From positions 985,552 through 1,049,551 of the forward strand of contig NMRA01000045.1 in the NCBI GenBank assembly GCA_002633005.1: DNA of 64,000 bases, given 5' to 3'. This DNA comes from Phoronis australis. Its lineage: Eukaryota > Animalia > Phoronida. Shown here piece by piece: positions 13,068 through 23,542 of this stretch (positions are counted from its first letter, which is position 1; each line of letters begins with the position of its first letter). The notes below the pieces were generated by a model. It did no database searches and was not told the DNA's origin. It worked only from the letters and a program-made list of their open reading frames with translations. Position numbers and translations under genes: made by a program.

Positions 13068-15671
13068 ATGTTGGCCGGTACAATAAAAAGGCGTCGACCT
13101 GTCAACAGTTTACGTCTCATCAGGTCAGAAAGAATTGAACGAGCTACCTATCTTAACAGAAAAGAGGCAAAGAAACTTGATTTTATTTTGAAGCAACTCG
13201 AGAGAGAGAATCATCGTCTGGCAACTACAACGCATAGAAAGAAAAAACACATAACTTTGCAACTTCTCCAATTGTACAGATCTACAGGACATAGCACGGA
13301 AGCTATACCGCTGCAGCAGGAAGATAGCTTTGTGTCAGATAGCATCCTCTCAACGAAACGATTCGATGATTGGCGACGACAGGAACGAGAATTGGAGTCA
13401 TTCTTAGCCAGAAGCAAAATTCCAAGTCAATCATTTTACAAACTTGAAGACACGGATTACAAAAGTGTACCCTGTGTTTTGAACTTGAAAGCGAGTGACT
13501 ATGACTTTGCTATACCAGACTGGTTCGAAGAAAAATGTCTGACACCTCCAAATAAGCAAATTGATGTTTTTAGTTGCTTGAGACACGATGAATTAGTAAA
13601 AAATTTACGAGACAATTCGTCCAAAAATTGCATGACAACATTTCCAGGAAACCAGTGGAATAAATCTACAATAGAAGAGTACAAGAGAAGGGTTGTCGCA
13701 GCTAATACCCGCCATATTCATCATTTGTACCTTGAAGAAAACCGACAGACGAAACCTCTCTCCGCCGCCGACATTTTAAAATCTCGCCAAGAAAGCAAAT
13801 TGACCAGTGTGACTAACCCAAAGAGCACAGACTGTAAATATCAAATTAACTCGCGCGCCCGTATACAAAGGGTAAAAACTAGTAAACCAAGTACAAGGTC
13901 AAGCAATAAGTCTACTAGAAAGCGCTCGAAAACGGCACCAGCTGGGCGAATAAAAAAGACGACAGCCTCAGACATCACTGTGAGGTTACGTGGAGACCAT
14001 GATAGACCTCAAGAGCAAGAGGAAGGAAGAATACCTTCCGCTCAGCATGACCAAATGCGACAACGTAGTAACTTGTCGACAGTATCCATAACTAAGCTTG
14101 AAACAACGAAAGAAAAAGAATTGTTGCAGTTTCTAATGAAGTCATTCAGGCAAGCGACGTCCCATCCTCACCCTCCAGATTTTTCCCACAGTAAAGATTT
14201 AGGTACGCCTGGAAATAATAACTTGATTCGCACGCGTTCCTCAGAAGTGACAAAGCTCATGCTAAATTCTTTGAAAGATGCAACATTCCAAAACCACGAG
14301 CCCGGTATTCAATTAAGTAGCGACCCCATAACGAAGGTGACAAAAAGCAAGATTGAGAAACCGGACACATCGCAAGTTCTTCTGAAGTCGATGAATTATT
14401 ATCTCCGTAGTCGCTCCGCGCTAAGTAGCATGTCATGCGAGTCCACGAATGAGCACGACATTCCATCGCCAATGCAACTAGATGTAGACAAGAATGACCA
14501 ATTAGATGCACCAGAAATGTTGGCGGATATAAAAGAGGATGGGGACGAATACTCCGAATCCAACCTGACGTTGCAATCGTTTCAGTGTAATCAATCACCC
14601 CATCCAATGACAGATCAAGAGAATCGTTTTCCAAATAAATCAGAAACGTCAAAAAGACATGAAGACGGTAAAGTCAAGAAAGACGAACTCGTTTCGCTAC
14701 CTAAACCGGTTGATGACGCTTCTTCTTCGCAGTGTCAGACTGACTCACAATTGAGCAATTCCTCACAGCATGTTTCTAATACAAAAGAACGTGGCAAACT
14801 GGCCAGAGACTTAAACAGACGAAATATCTTCAAGTCCGCGGAATCGCAAAAGAATTATCACGTAACTGGTGAACAGCACAATGACGTGTCGCCGAGGTCG
14901 GCGCACAGTCGAAGACTAGGAACTCCTGACACGATAGTTAGGAAAGAGAGAAAGAAGTGTGTGACCAAGCTACTATCACACCATACTCCAATAAGCGTAC
15001 GAAGTAACATCTCAGAGTCTTGTCTAAATCAAAAAACAAGCAAAAAACACGACTCGAGCGAGATGCTCAAAACATTCAGTCACGCGACAAGTTTACACGT
15101 TCGACGAAATCCCAGACCTTTCAGTCAAACCGAGTTGCTGCAGTCTCGACCTACAGGTCAGCAGGCAGCTAGTTCAGAACTTTATTTGAGGGATAACGAA
15201 TTCGAGAATGAAGACGATTCCACCTTTTCCGGTTGTACTAGCGACACAAGTTATTGTACTAATCCGTACCCAGTAACACCAAAACGAGAAGAACCTCGAG
15301 ATCGAGCTTTCATGACGTCAATAATGGGAGGTAGACATCTTTACAGTGAACGGGATTTTTTAAGCAGCAAAAATAAAATGAAACACAGGCAAAAAGACTT
15401 GGCACATAAAGCCCCTCTCGACAGCGCGACAACGTCAATCAGTAACGTTCGTAAAAAGGGCGTTCAATCGTCACTTTTCAGACAAAAACGGTTAGAAAGT
15501 TTGGTATCAGCAAATAAGGACAGCCACGAGAGACTTATGGACGAAGTAAGGAAACAAACTAATATTGAACTGTCCGCCGTAATGACTTTCGCCAAACTCC
15601 AGAGTTCTAACTTGTTTAAAAGACAGTCGGCCGCGAGGTCTCAAAACTGTGTTGTCAAATTAAATGACTGA
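13068..15671 (+). CDS. Uncharacterised coiled-coil/disordered protein (867 aa), single coding exon; paralog of 5107-6708
   Basis: Uninterrupted 2.6-kb ORF, AATAAA at 15673 right after the stop. Shared blocks: RSE..N..E.K...LE.E...TG.S.E..P..KR...W.R.E..L..F; IDVFS.LR...N.W......YK.RV..A.T..I...SA..IL..R; APL...N..S.E.L..E....N..L.A...FA.L. Confidence 0.88.
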   Translation: MLAGTIKRRRPVNSLRLIRSERIERATYLNRKEAKKLDFILKQLERENHRLATTTHRKKKHITLQLLQLYRSTGHSTEAIPLQQEDSFVSDSILSTKRFDDWRRQERELESFLARSKIPSQSFYKLEDTDYKSVPCVLNLKASDYDFAIPDWFEEKCLTPPNKQIDVFSCLRHDELVKNLRDNSSKNCMTTFPGNQWNKSTIEEYKRRVVAANTRHIHHLYLEENRQTKPLSAADILKSRQESKLTSVTNPKSTDCKYQINSRARIQRVKTSKPSTRSSNKSTRKRSKTAPAGRIKKTTASDITVRLRGDHDRPQEQEEGRIPSAQHDQMRQRSNLSTVSITKLETTKEKELLQFLMKSFRQATSHPHPPDFSHSKDLGTPGNNNLIRTRSSEVTKLMLNSLKDATFQNHEPGIQLSSDPITKVTKSKIEKPDTSQVLLKSMNYYLRSRSALSSMSCESTNEHDIPSPMQLDVDKNDQLDAPEMLADIKEDGDEYSESNLTLQSFQCNQSPHPMTDQENRFPNKSETSKRHEDGKVKKDELVSLPKPVDDASSSQCQTDSQLSNSSQHVSNTKERGKLARDLNRRNIFKSAESQKNYHVTGEQHNDVSPRSAHSRRLGTPDTIVRKERKKCVTKLLSHHTPISVRSNISESCLNQKTSKKHDSSEMLKTFSHATSLHVRRNPRPFSQTELLQSRPTGQQAASSELYLRDNEFENEDDSTFSGCTSDTSYCTNPYPVTPKREEPRDRAFMTSIMGGRHLYSERDFLSSKNKMKHRQKDLAHKAPLDSATTSISNVRKKGVQSSLFRQKRLESLVSANKDSHERLMDEVRKQTNIELSAVMTFAKLQSSNLFKRQSAARSQNCVVKLND

Positions 15672-17599
15672 AAATAAAGCACTTCTGAGTTCAACCTCAG
15701 GTTTTACGCAACTTCTTATTTAAAGCTGCATTTCGCGCTTTATTGTAGAGGGCTAAAAAACGAAAATCGTATCAAGCATTTCATTCTCATTAAACCAGCC
15801 TCAAAATACTCCTTACCGCGATATGATTCTATTGCCGTTGTCAACAAGACCACGGAAATCATCAGCAACTAAAAAATAAAACGCTTCAGAGTTTTTTGTG
15901 GTTGGTCAACCTACAAATTGCGAGTTCGTAAATGACGCTTGCAAGTATTTTGACTTGAGTTGGTAAGGATTACTATGAGGCCGATTTAATGAAAGTAAAA
16001 CGCCTTAGTCAATTTCGAACACGGCGAAATGTAGCTTTAAAGTATCTGGTTTCAAAAATCAGCACTCTCAAATCAATCCCTACAACCCTTCCAATGTACC
16101 CCAGACGAATAAACGTAACCGTTATCTGTAGTGCAACGTATTTGGCTTGGGAATTGGCTTTAGATATGTATTTAATGCTTGCTAAGGGCAATTTGGATGT
16201 TTAATGGTGACGTATCTGCCACCAACATGACACGATTTGGACCTACAAACAGAAATAGAAATGCACAATCGGATTTTTTCCCATTCAGGTAACCACGGGG
16301 CAATTAAGCATTTTTTATCAAAATTATGTTTTAATTAATCGGTATGGTCCAACAACGGTTGCATCCACTGTAGGCTTCCAGGGAGTTGAGAAGGATTACA
16401 ATGACCAGGTTCATGGCCAGGTAATGTCGAAATGCTCAGTAATATACAGCACTATATAAATCTGTCATAACTGTTACTAGTGATCTTTAATTTTGACATT
16501 TTAATTTCATTTGACTGGGTCCAAAACGTAAAAACGACGTTACACTAAACAAGTGAATACGACCTCGGATTGAAGACAATAGACAGAAAATCGTAAACTG
16601 ACACCATGAACGATAAAGATGTCATAGCTGTCTCTCCAGTCTTTTTCATATGATCATTTATTACCAAGTTTCGTCATACAATCTTCATAATATTATTAAG
16701 TTAACTCGAGTCAACAAACTATCAGATGATGAACACTAGTAGGCCTACATCATGAATTCCCACTGACTGGTGACACAGATATATTTTCACAACATTTAAA
16801 GCCGCGGCTATAAACCATGTGTTCAAAACATCCCTTTCTTTACAGCAACATTTGCTCTTCCAAAGCAACATTTATTTGAATTGGAATCAGTGACAAAAAA
16901 TCACATGGAATTGCCCCGACAGCCGTACTGCCTTAGCGACTGAGGCTAACCAGACGTGACAAAGAACTATGACATGGCGCTAACGACGTGCCAGTTGTTC
17001 TAAAGCTTACAAATTATTTCTATTCAGGGTAAAGACCAAGATGAGACCAACTTTACAACAGTAACCGGTCTAAATCAAAACTTGTTCTTTTTTGACAGAA
17101 GGTGGGTTTATTGTCCATTTGAATTGACGTGGGCGCATGAATCATGATTTACCTGGAGCACAACTAACCTGGATCCCAGCGCTCACACTCTGACGTCACG
17201 GATAGCGTGTGAGACGACCCCAACCAATCTAGAGGGTCTGTGCAGCAGACAAGAGCACAACCACCAGGTAGCGAGACCATCTCGTCCACGAGTTGGAGAT
17301 AATCTGATCCGGTCAAGAAAAAAATCCACGCTCTTGTTGGCTTACGAAGTATGACCTGTTACTGGTTCCTTCGGACTAGCTAAAATATATTTCATGTAAA
17401 TCACAAGTCCCTGCGACAGACCCAGACAAACTACCGATTGTACAAGTTCGTCGGTAGGCCGATGACTAATAAGTTAATCCAAATAGGTAGTATGTCTTGT
17501 CAAAGAGGCAATGAATTATTTGAAACTGAATTTCTGCTAAGTATAAGATAACGAATGTTTTATCTTTAAATGCTACAAAAGTAAGTTGTATATCAAAAA

Positions 17600-20500
17600 T
17601 CACAAATTAAACACACGACAAGATATTTCATCGTCCTTTCCCTCCCACCAAATAACAGATTCGTTACTATTTCGAACTGGCTTAACTATTTCCTCAGCCA
17701 TAGGATAGGAAGATGGTTCTCTCACGTCGTAACCACGTCCAGCCTCTCTAAAGGCAATTCGTATCCTGTCGCGAACAGTGTTAGGATTGTGCCAGTTCGT
17801 GAAAGACGTATCCGGCGGCAGGTCATGCCTAGCAAACGACACTTCCGGTTGGAATAAAACGAAACAGGCGTCACTTTCAAAGCTGTATCGGGAACTAGTT
17901 TCGGGATAACAAGGTGCAAACGTGGTTATAAAGAACGTCATCTTGTTAAACTCGAATACCCAGTTCCTACTCCTGATGTGTCGGTGCATACAATTGCTGT
18001 TTCCAGGATCATTATCCGACAGGATTTTTAGAAGTCTCCTGACTCCAATGCCCAGCATCTGAAACCAAAAACGTACGGTAAATAGAAGCTTTCCCCACAA
18101 TTGATTATTCGGTGTCGGTCCGAAGCAGCGAAAATTAAACGCGAGACAGACGCTCGCAGTATTGTCGGGCAAGATCATATTTTACGGAAAAATCCGAGTG
18201 GCACTGAAATATTTCAGGACAGTGCTATGTTCTAGAAGCTGCACCCAGAAAAATCGCCTGCAACAGATGTTCAGATTGAGGAGCAAAAAGCCGGACTTGC
18301 CATCCCAATTTAACTTGACGTTAAACTTTAAAGCTGTTATAAAATTCGTCTTCCGTCAAAAATTAACACACAGTTTGAAGCTTATTGTAGGTCTTGGGAA
18401 GATGTGACAGTTTCCTGTTTCTAGAGATCAGCTTCCCGTTCAGTAATAGGACCTCGCTAAAAAGCAAGACTTCGCGAGACTACGTGAGATATTTCCGTGT
18501 AATTTACCGTAATCGTTCGGGTTAACGCCCTGGGCGGTTAAATTGGCGAATCCAAAAAATCGGGGGAGGGCGGTTAACCGAGCAGTGGGCGGTTAAATCG
18601 AAAATCCATCTAAAGTAGGGGATGGGCGGTTAACTGAGCTTGGGCGTTAACCCGAACGATTACGGTAAGTGGTAACACGTGACTCAAGCTAGATTTTAGC
18701 TAGGTCCTAGCGTTACTGAACGCACGCCAGGTTAGTTTCAAGTATAGTAGCTTATCACGTGGGGTCATATTTTACGCGCCGACGTCAATGATGCTTTCAA
18801 GCACTACAGAACTATCAGTTCTTCTGTACATTACAAATTATTCCTCGTCAGTACAAGGGTCAGGTTAAAGTCAATTATATAGCAGAAATGGTAGTCTAAA
18901 TCATCACATATGCAATACCAAAGCGACCACTACTAGACGGTAAACGCTTATGCTTATTTATATACAGATGTGTCTACATGGTAAAACCATTCAAAAAAAT
19001 TGGGAATCAAGACGTACCGGTACGTCATCGTATCCGTAATAGAAACCTATTTCTTGACTTCATGAAAATCCGTTAAGGAATACAGACACAAACGTAAAAA
19101 ACATAATTGCCACTATACGGTGCACAGTATTGTAGTGGGATCGGTCCGATGTCGCGCTCATGATAAAACGCTTGAAAATAATAAAGATGACCACTAGATG
19201 GCACAGAAAACACCGAAAATGAAAAGGCGTTGTCTCTGAACAATGAACACATATTTGTCGAATTTCAAGAACATCCGTTAAGGAACTGAAGATTCAGAGG
19301 CAACGGTGAAGAAACTAAAATAGCCACAAGGGGGCTGGGGGACATCGGTACTAGATCAGTCCGAAAGTCGTCCGGCATCATCCGTTGACGCAGGGACATC
19401 GGTACTAGATCCGTCCGAAAGTCGTACCGTATCATCTGTTGACGCAATCATCGGAAAAAAATATACGACACATTTCTCAAAGCGTGTTTAAAATCGAAAT
19501 TAATATCAAAAACAAAAAAATACAACATTGGGTGACAAAAAATGGACTCAGGAAGATTCAGAGACAAATGTAAAAAAACTAGGCGGCACAGCGGCAGTCG
19601 GATCTGCCAGGAAATCGTCGTCATTCGTTTCTGCTTCATAAGATAACTTTTGTCAAATCTCATTAAAAGACCCTGCAAAGGGTTTAGCACATACAGTTGC
19701 GGACGCCCAGACAGAGATGGTAGCAATATGCGACTGCATACGTATATGTAGCAGCACATAAAAAGTTAGTTCCTTTGACGGCAGAAGGCGGCATTGACCG
19801 TCAGCCACTTTACTTCAAAAGAACCTGGAAACAAAACGAAATTTTTCCAAGTACCTGAATCTGCCTTTTCCAAAGCCTTACCTGTGGTGATCCTCCGAAT
19901 AATGTGCCCGGAAGTTCAAAAACAAATCCGTCCACACACATTCGGGAGCACAGTGACGAAAAATAGACAAATGTTGGCAACGTCTTTGTAACATTTAGCT
20001 CTACAAAAAGAAATCATACACAATTTTCACAATGAAATGAATCCAATATACTTATAAATTTCGAGCATGTATTTTTGGTTGACCAACACACTTTTACCTC
20101 ACACAAGGTGACCATTCACGGTAGTTGCTCTGACGTATTACGTTACCAATCGCTTAGGAAATCCCAAGAGGTGCGCCTAAGCGGAACGGGAAAAAGAAAT
20201 TCAAAGCAAATCCAATATTGTGTTCACCAATGCAAAGCTGTTAGAGTGCACACAAAACGTTCGCTAGTCAGGAGGAATAGCGACAGAAGGCAGAAAGTAA
20301 ACCAACACATCCCAAAGGTCTCATGCGATGTTCCTATTAGCACGCCCCGTGTGCATAGCACCAAAAATGTGAGACACCCTGACCCAGCTCCTGTTGATAT
20401 GCATAAGAAATTCAGTCAAATACTAAACCAAACGACATCTAGTAATAACTAAACTAAAGTCGATAGAGTGAGCTTGTAAAGATCCAGTATTCGATTAAAT

Positions 20501-23232
20501 TATTCTTCGTATACCTTCGAGAAGCTGGTACATACATTACTCAGGAATTAAAAGCCCATGGTTAGGGGGCTAGAATTACAAGTGGCTTAGAACATGTGCA
20601 CATCCGCCAGAGGCCTTGTTATGTCTGTGGGGCACAAGCGGATTTAGCCATGGTACGGTACACCTCCAGACATGATCGAAACGACGCGAGCATGACATTT
20701 CATTGTAGGATTACAGCGACCGCTTATACTTCGGACAATCCGGTTGTTTCCCGTTCGCGCGAATCATAGACGCAACGTCAGGGTTGAGAACAATGACTCT
20801 GAAAATGTCTGTCTACAAGTAAACAGACCTGCAGCAAGAGGTTATGGGGAAGTGTTACCAGTCTCGATTAGGGGCAGTTTAAAAACCTTGATGGCGATGG
20901 ACTCAACCAAGACAGTCATTCTGTCTTTACCATCGAACGACTAGCCTGGGCTGTACCTAAGCGACAAACTAACCATACATCTAACCCTGCGTAGATCTCC
21001 CTGCACCAACAACAAACCTCTAGCTAATGAACTCGAAAATGAGCCTGACGATTTTCCCCTTTCTCACTGTACGTGGTTCATAGGCCAATGTAAACATTTT
21101 ATCTAGATTAAGTTTCGTTTAATCATGGAAAGGCAGGCCTGCTTACCAAAAGACAGGTGCTCGTTCCAAGAGACAGAAGCCCAGAGTCTCGAATTTTTGG
21201 CAAAAATACACTCCGACCGATGTTTCAGCTGCTCAAACTTCGCCAGGACTTCGCAGTTTTCAGCATCGTACATAACATAGTTTAACACTTTCTCTTTGAT
21301 AGTATTATGCTCGTCCCGATCTAAATGGCATAACTCTGTGAGTTTTATGTATTTGAAAGGATTTTCTCGGCGACTGTTGCTCCCTTTACCATCTGTGTGT
21401 CCGTCAACAGCAAACAAGGTGACTGAAAATAAAAAAAAATATTGTTTTCTGTGCACAAATAACGTATGAGTTGAGAACGTATAGCTTACATCATGTATCA
21501 ACACTACCAAAGTCACTGTCATGAGTACCAATCGGTTAGTGTGAATAACAATATTAGGATCCGGCACTATCATCCTTAAGATACAGGGAGCGTCAACCTA
21601 GGGTCTGTTTTTCTGGAATTGGGGATTTAATACACGAACGGTTAGCGTTTCAAACCTTTACCACGGACCAAAGAACAATATCACAGGCAAAGATGGACTA
21701 GAGACCGTAATAGTCACGGGAGGAGATCCCGGCGTTACTACTCGATCTCCAATTATTTAAGTAAAAATTTTTTGCGGTACAATTTAAAAAAACTACCGCA
21801 AGAACTTACAGCACACAAATTTCTGTGCTACAGTGGATTTGGCAGCACTGCTGTAGTGGTAAATTAGAGGCAAGTAGGCGCCCAAAGCCCACCGTATCGC
21901 CATGAGCATTGAATTTTAGAAGTTCATTGAATTCGCAAAACCTCATAAACAGGTAAGCCTATTTTTGACTCACGAGTGGATATTTACTTCGAGTCTGCAG
22001 TGGCGAATCTAGGCAGATGTCACAGAAAAGGGGTCCAACGACACATATAGGAAGGCAAAGGTCCAAGTACATTCCAAGCGGTCTCTGAAGGGGGCCCAAA
22101 CACAATTATAAAGGAAAATAGACGCGTAACGCCCAGAAACGATATGCTGGCGGCATTTTTAGTCGCACGTGGGGTGTGTCCTCGGGGCCCTTCGATCGTC
22201 CGTTGACTATCCAATTCATTTCGATGAATCCTCGTTCACATTCAGTACGCTGTACTGCAAGGAAGACTCGATAGTGCATAATGTAAAAAGATGGTCGGCT
22301 GCGCCTACATCCCACTATAACGTAACTTGGCGGTGCGTAGGCGCTACGTTCAAATGCCAAGAGGTCGTTCTGCGTCCAGTATACGTGAGCCTACGCGCCC
22401 CACTACAGCACTGCATTGTACTGCGTGGTGAGTGTACCTGTGAACGATGTTTGTACGTCGCGGTGTAGTCAGTTTCAGGCAGGTCAGGTATGGTTCATTG
22501 GCAGTGTTCGCAAAGTGGACCCGGCGAGTGGAGTTTATTGAATCAAACTTTCTCGACTCTGTGATAAACTCTTTTTTTGCAAATTGGCAAATAAATTTGG
22601 CTGACTTCGCTTCACTGCGTAAAAATCTTGGCAGCACTCGTGTGAATAATAGGTTGTCCCACCAAGCATGTCACAATTGTCACATACAACACTGCCCCCA
22701 GACGAGGGCCAAGAACGAAAAGGACCGTCAGTACTGCTCTTATAGTTGCAGCCCCTCAGCCGGGTGGACTCACCTGTATGCAGCGCAGCATCCGGCCACC
22801 ACTCATAAACAATTAACGAGCCCGTAGTATACGGCGTAAGCCTAGGCTACGTTAGCCATTACACATGATATACAGGTGGGGCACTGAGCCTGGCGGACTC
22901 TCACCAGCCTCTCAGTGCTGCCCAGTACGACGCGGACAAGACTCATTAACCTCTCAGAGCTCAGTGCCTAGGACGGCGGACTACTAGAGACTCGCCAAGT
23001 TTGGGGCCTCCCGCCGATCGTTTAGCCTCAATTTGAGTAGGCCGCCGCATTTCAAAAAAGTGACTTGTTTTGTATTCCATCTGTTTCAATTTGAAACAGG
23101 TTTACATACAACATGATACGTACCTAGCAGCATAATGAAACTGAGAATAGACTGCCAAGTTATTTCAACAGAAGCGGCCACGAAAATCACCGCAGCTACG
23201 AGTCGTACAATTATAACAACCCTTCTGACCAT
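17600..23232 (-). CDS. YqcI/YcgG-like (DcsA/GntA-like heme-dependent N-hydroxylase-like) protein with N-terminal membrane anchor, 4 exons, ~320 aa
   Basis: Exons 23232-23124, 21422-21147, 20000-19882 and 18058-17600, all GT-AG and phase-compatible (1,1,0), 963 nt total. Motifs: ECIFAK, DGFVF, W.FEF....FFITTFAPCY...SSRY...FQPE.SF...RDRIR..F. The gene model is solid; the family call is by motif recognition. Confidence 0.75.
18505..18667. mobile_element. Tc1/mariner(pogo)-type MITE with perfect TIRs and TA TSD, nested in another MITE (18431-18730)
   Basis: TA-CCGTAATCGTTCGGGTTAACGCCC ... GGGCGTTAACCCGAACGATTACGG-TA; the flanks rejoin into the 2910-type MITE. Confidence 0.85.
19338..19446. repeat. 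54-bp tandem repeat x2 (intronic)
   Basis: GGGACATCGGTACTAGATC.GTCCGAAAGTCGT.C.G.ATCATC.GTTGACGCA occurs twice. Confidence 0.85.
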
Positions 23233-23542
23233 TATGGGTTACAAGTTTCTACAAAAAGCTGCATCCAAATATCGTCCTCTGTCATTCAACTCCATTGCTT
23301 CATACATATGGAGTAGGCCTAGTACATTCGCCGGCGTCAGTCCCCGAGTCCTCAAGCTTCCACGGAAGCATAGTTTGTCAACTTCCGGGTTCACGAGGGC
23401 TCTCCTCACAATGAGATAAATTTGAGCCCGAACAAACGGATGATGGTCATGAGAACTTCATTTACAATGATTTATATTGTAAATAAGCCATGAATCTTAT
23501 TATTTCAGTACTCTGAAAGGTACCAAGAGATTTCAGTTGTCT
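23233..23542. promoter_or_regulatory. Bidirectional promoter between the YqcI/YcgG-like gene and ACOT7
   Basis: Divergent start codons 310 bp apart; ETS/GABP motif ACTTCCGG at 23381-23388 and ACGGAAG at ~23362. Confidence 0.65.

Noticed and set aside
18059-18178. N-terminal part of the 192-aa ORF as a gene start (likewise 21423-21573)
   Set aside because: Intronic read-through; strong acceptors at 18059 and 21423 give the in-frame spliced model.
22020-22827. Overlapping ORFs in intron 1 of the YqcI-like gene
   Set aside because: No recognisable domain; GC-richer repeat-like sequence starting at a CAGTGGCG TIR-like motif (~21998).
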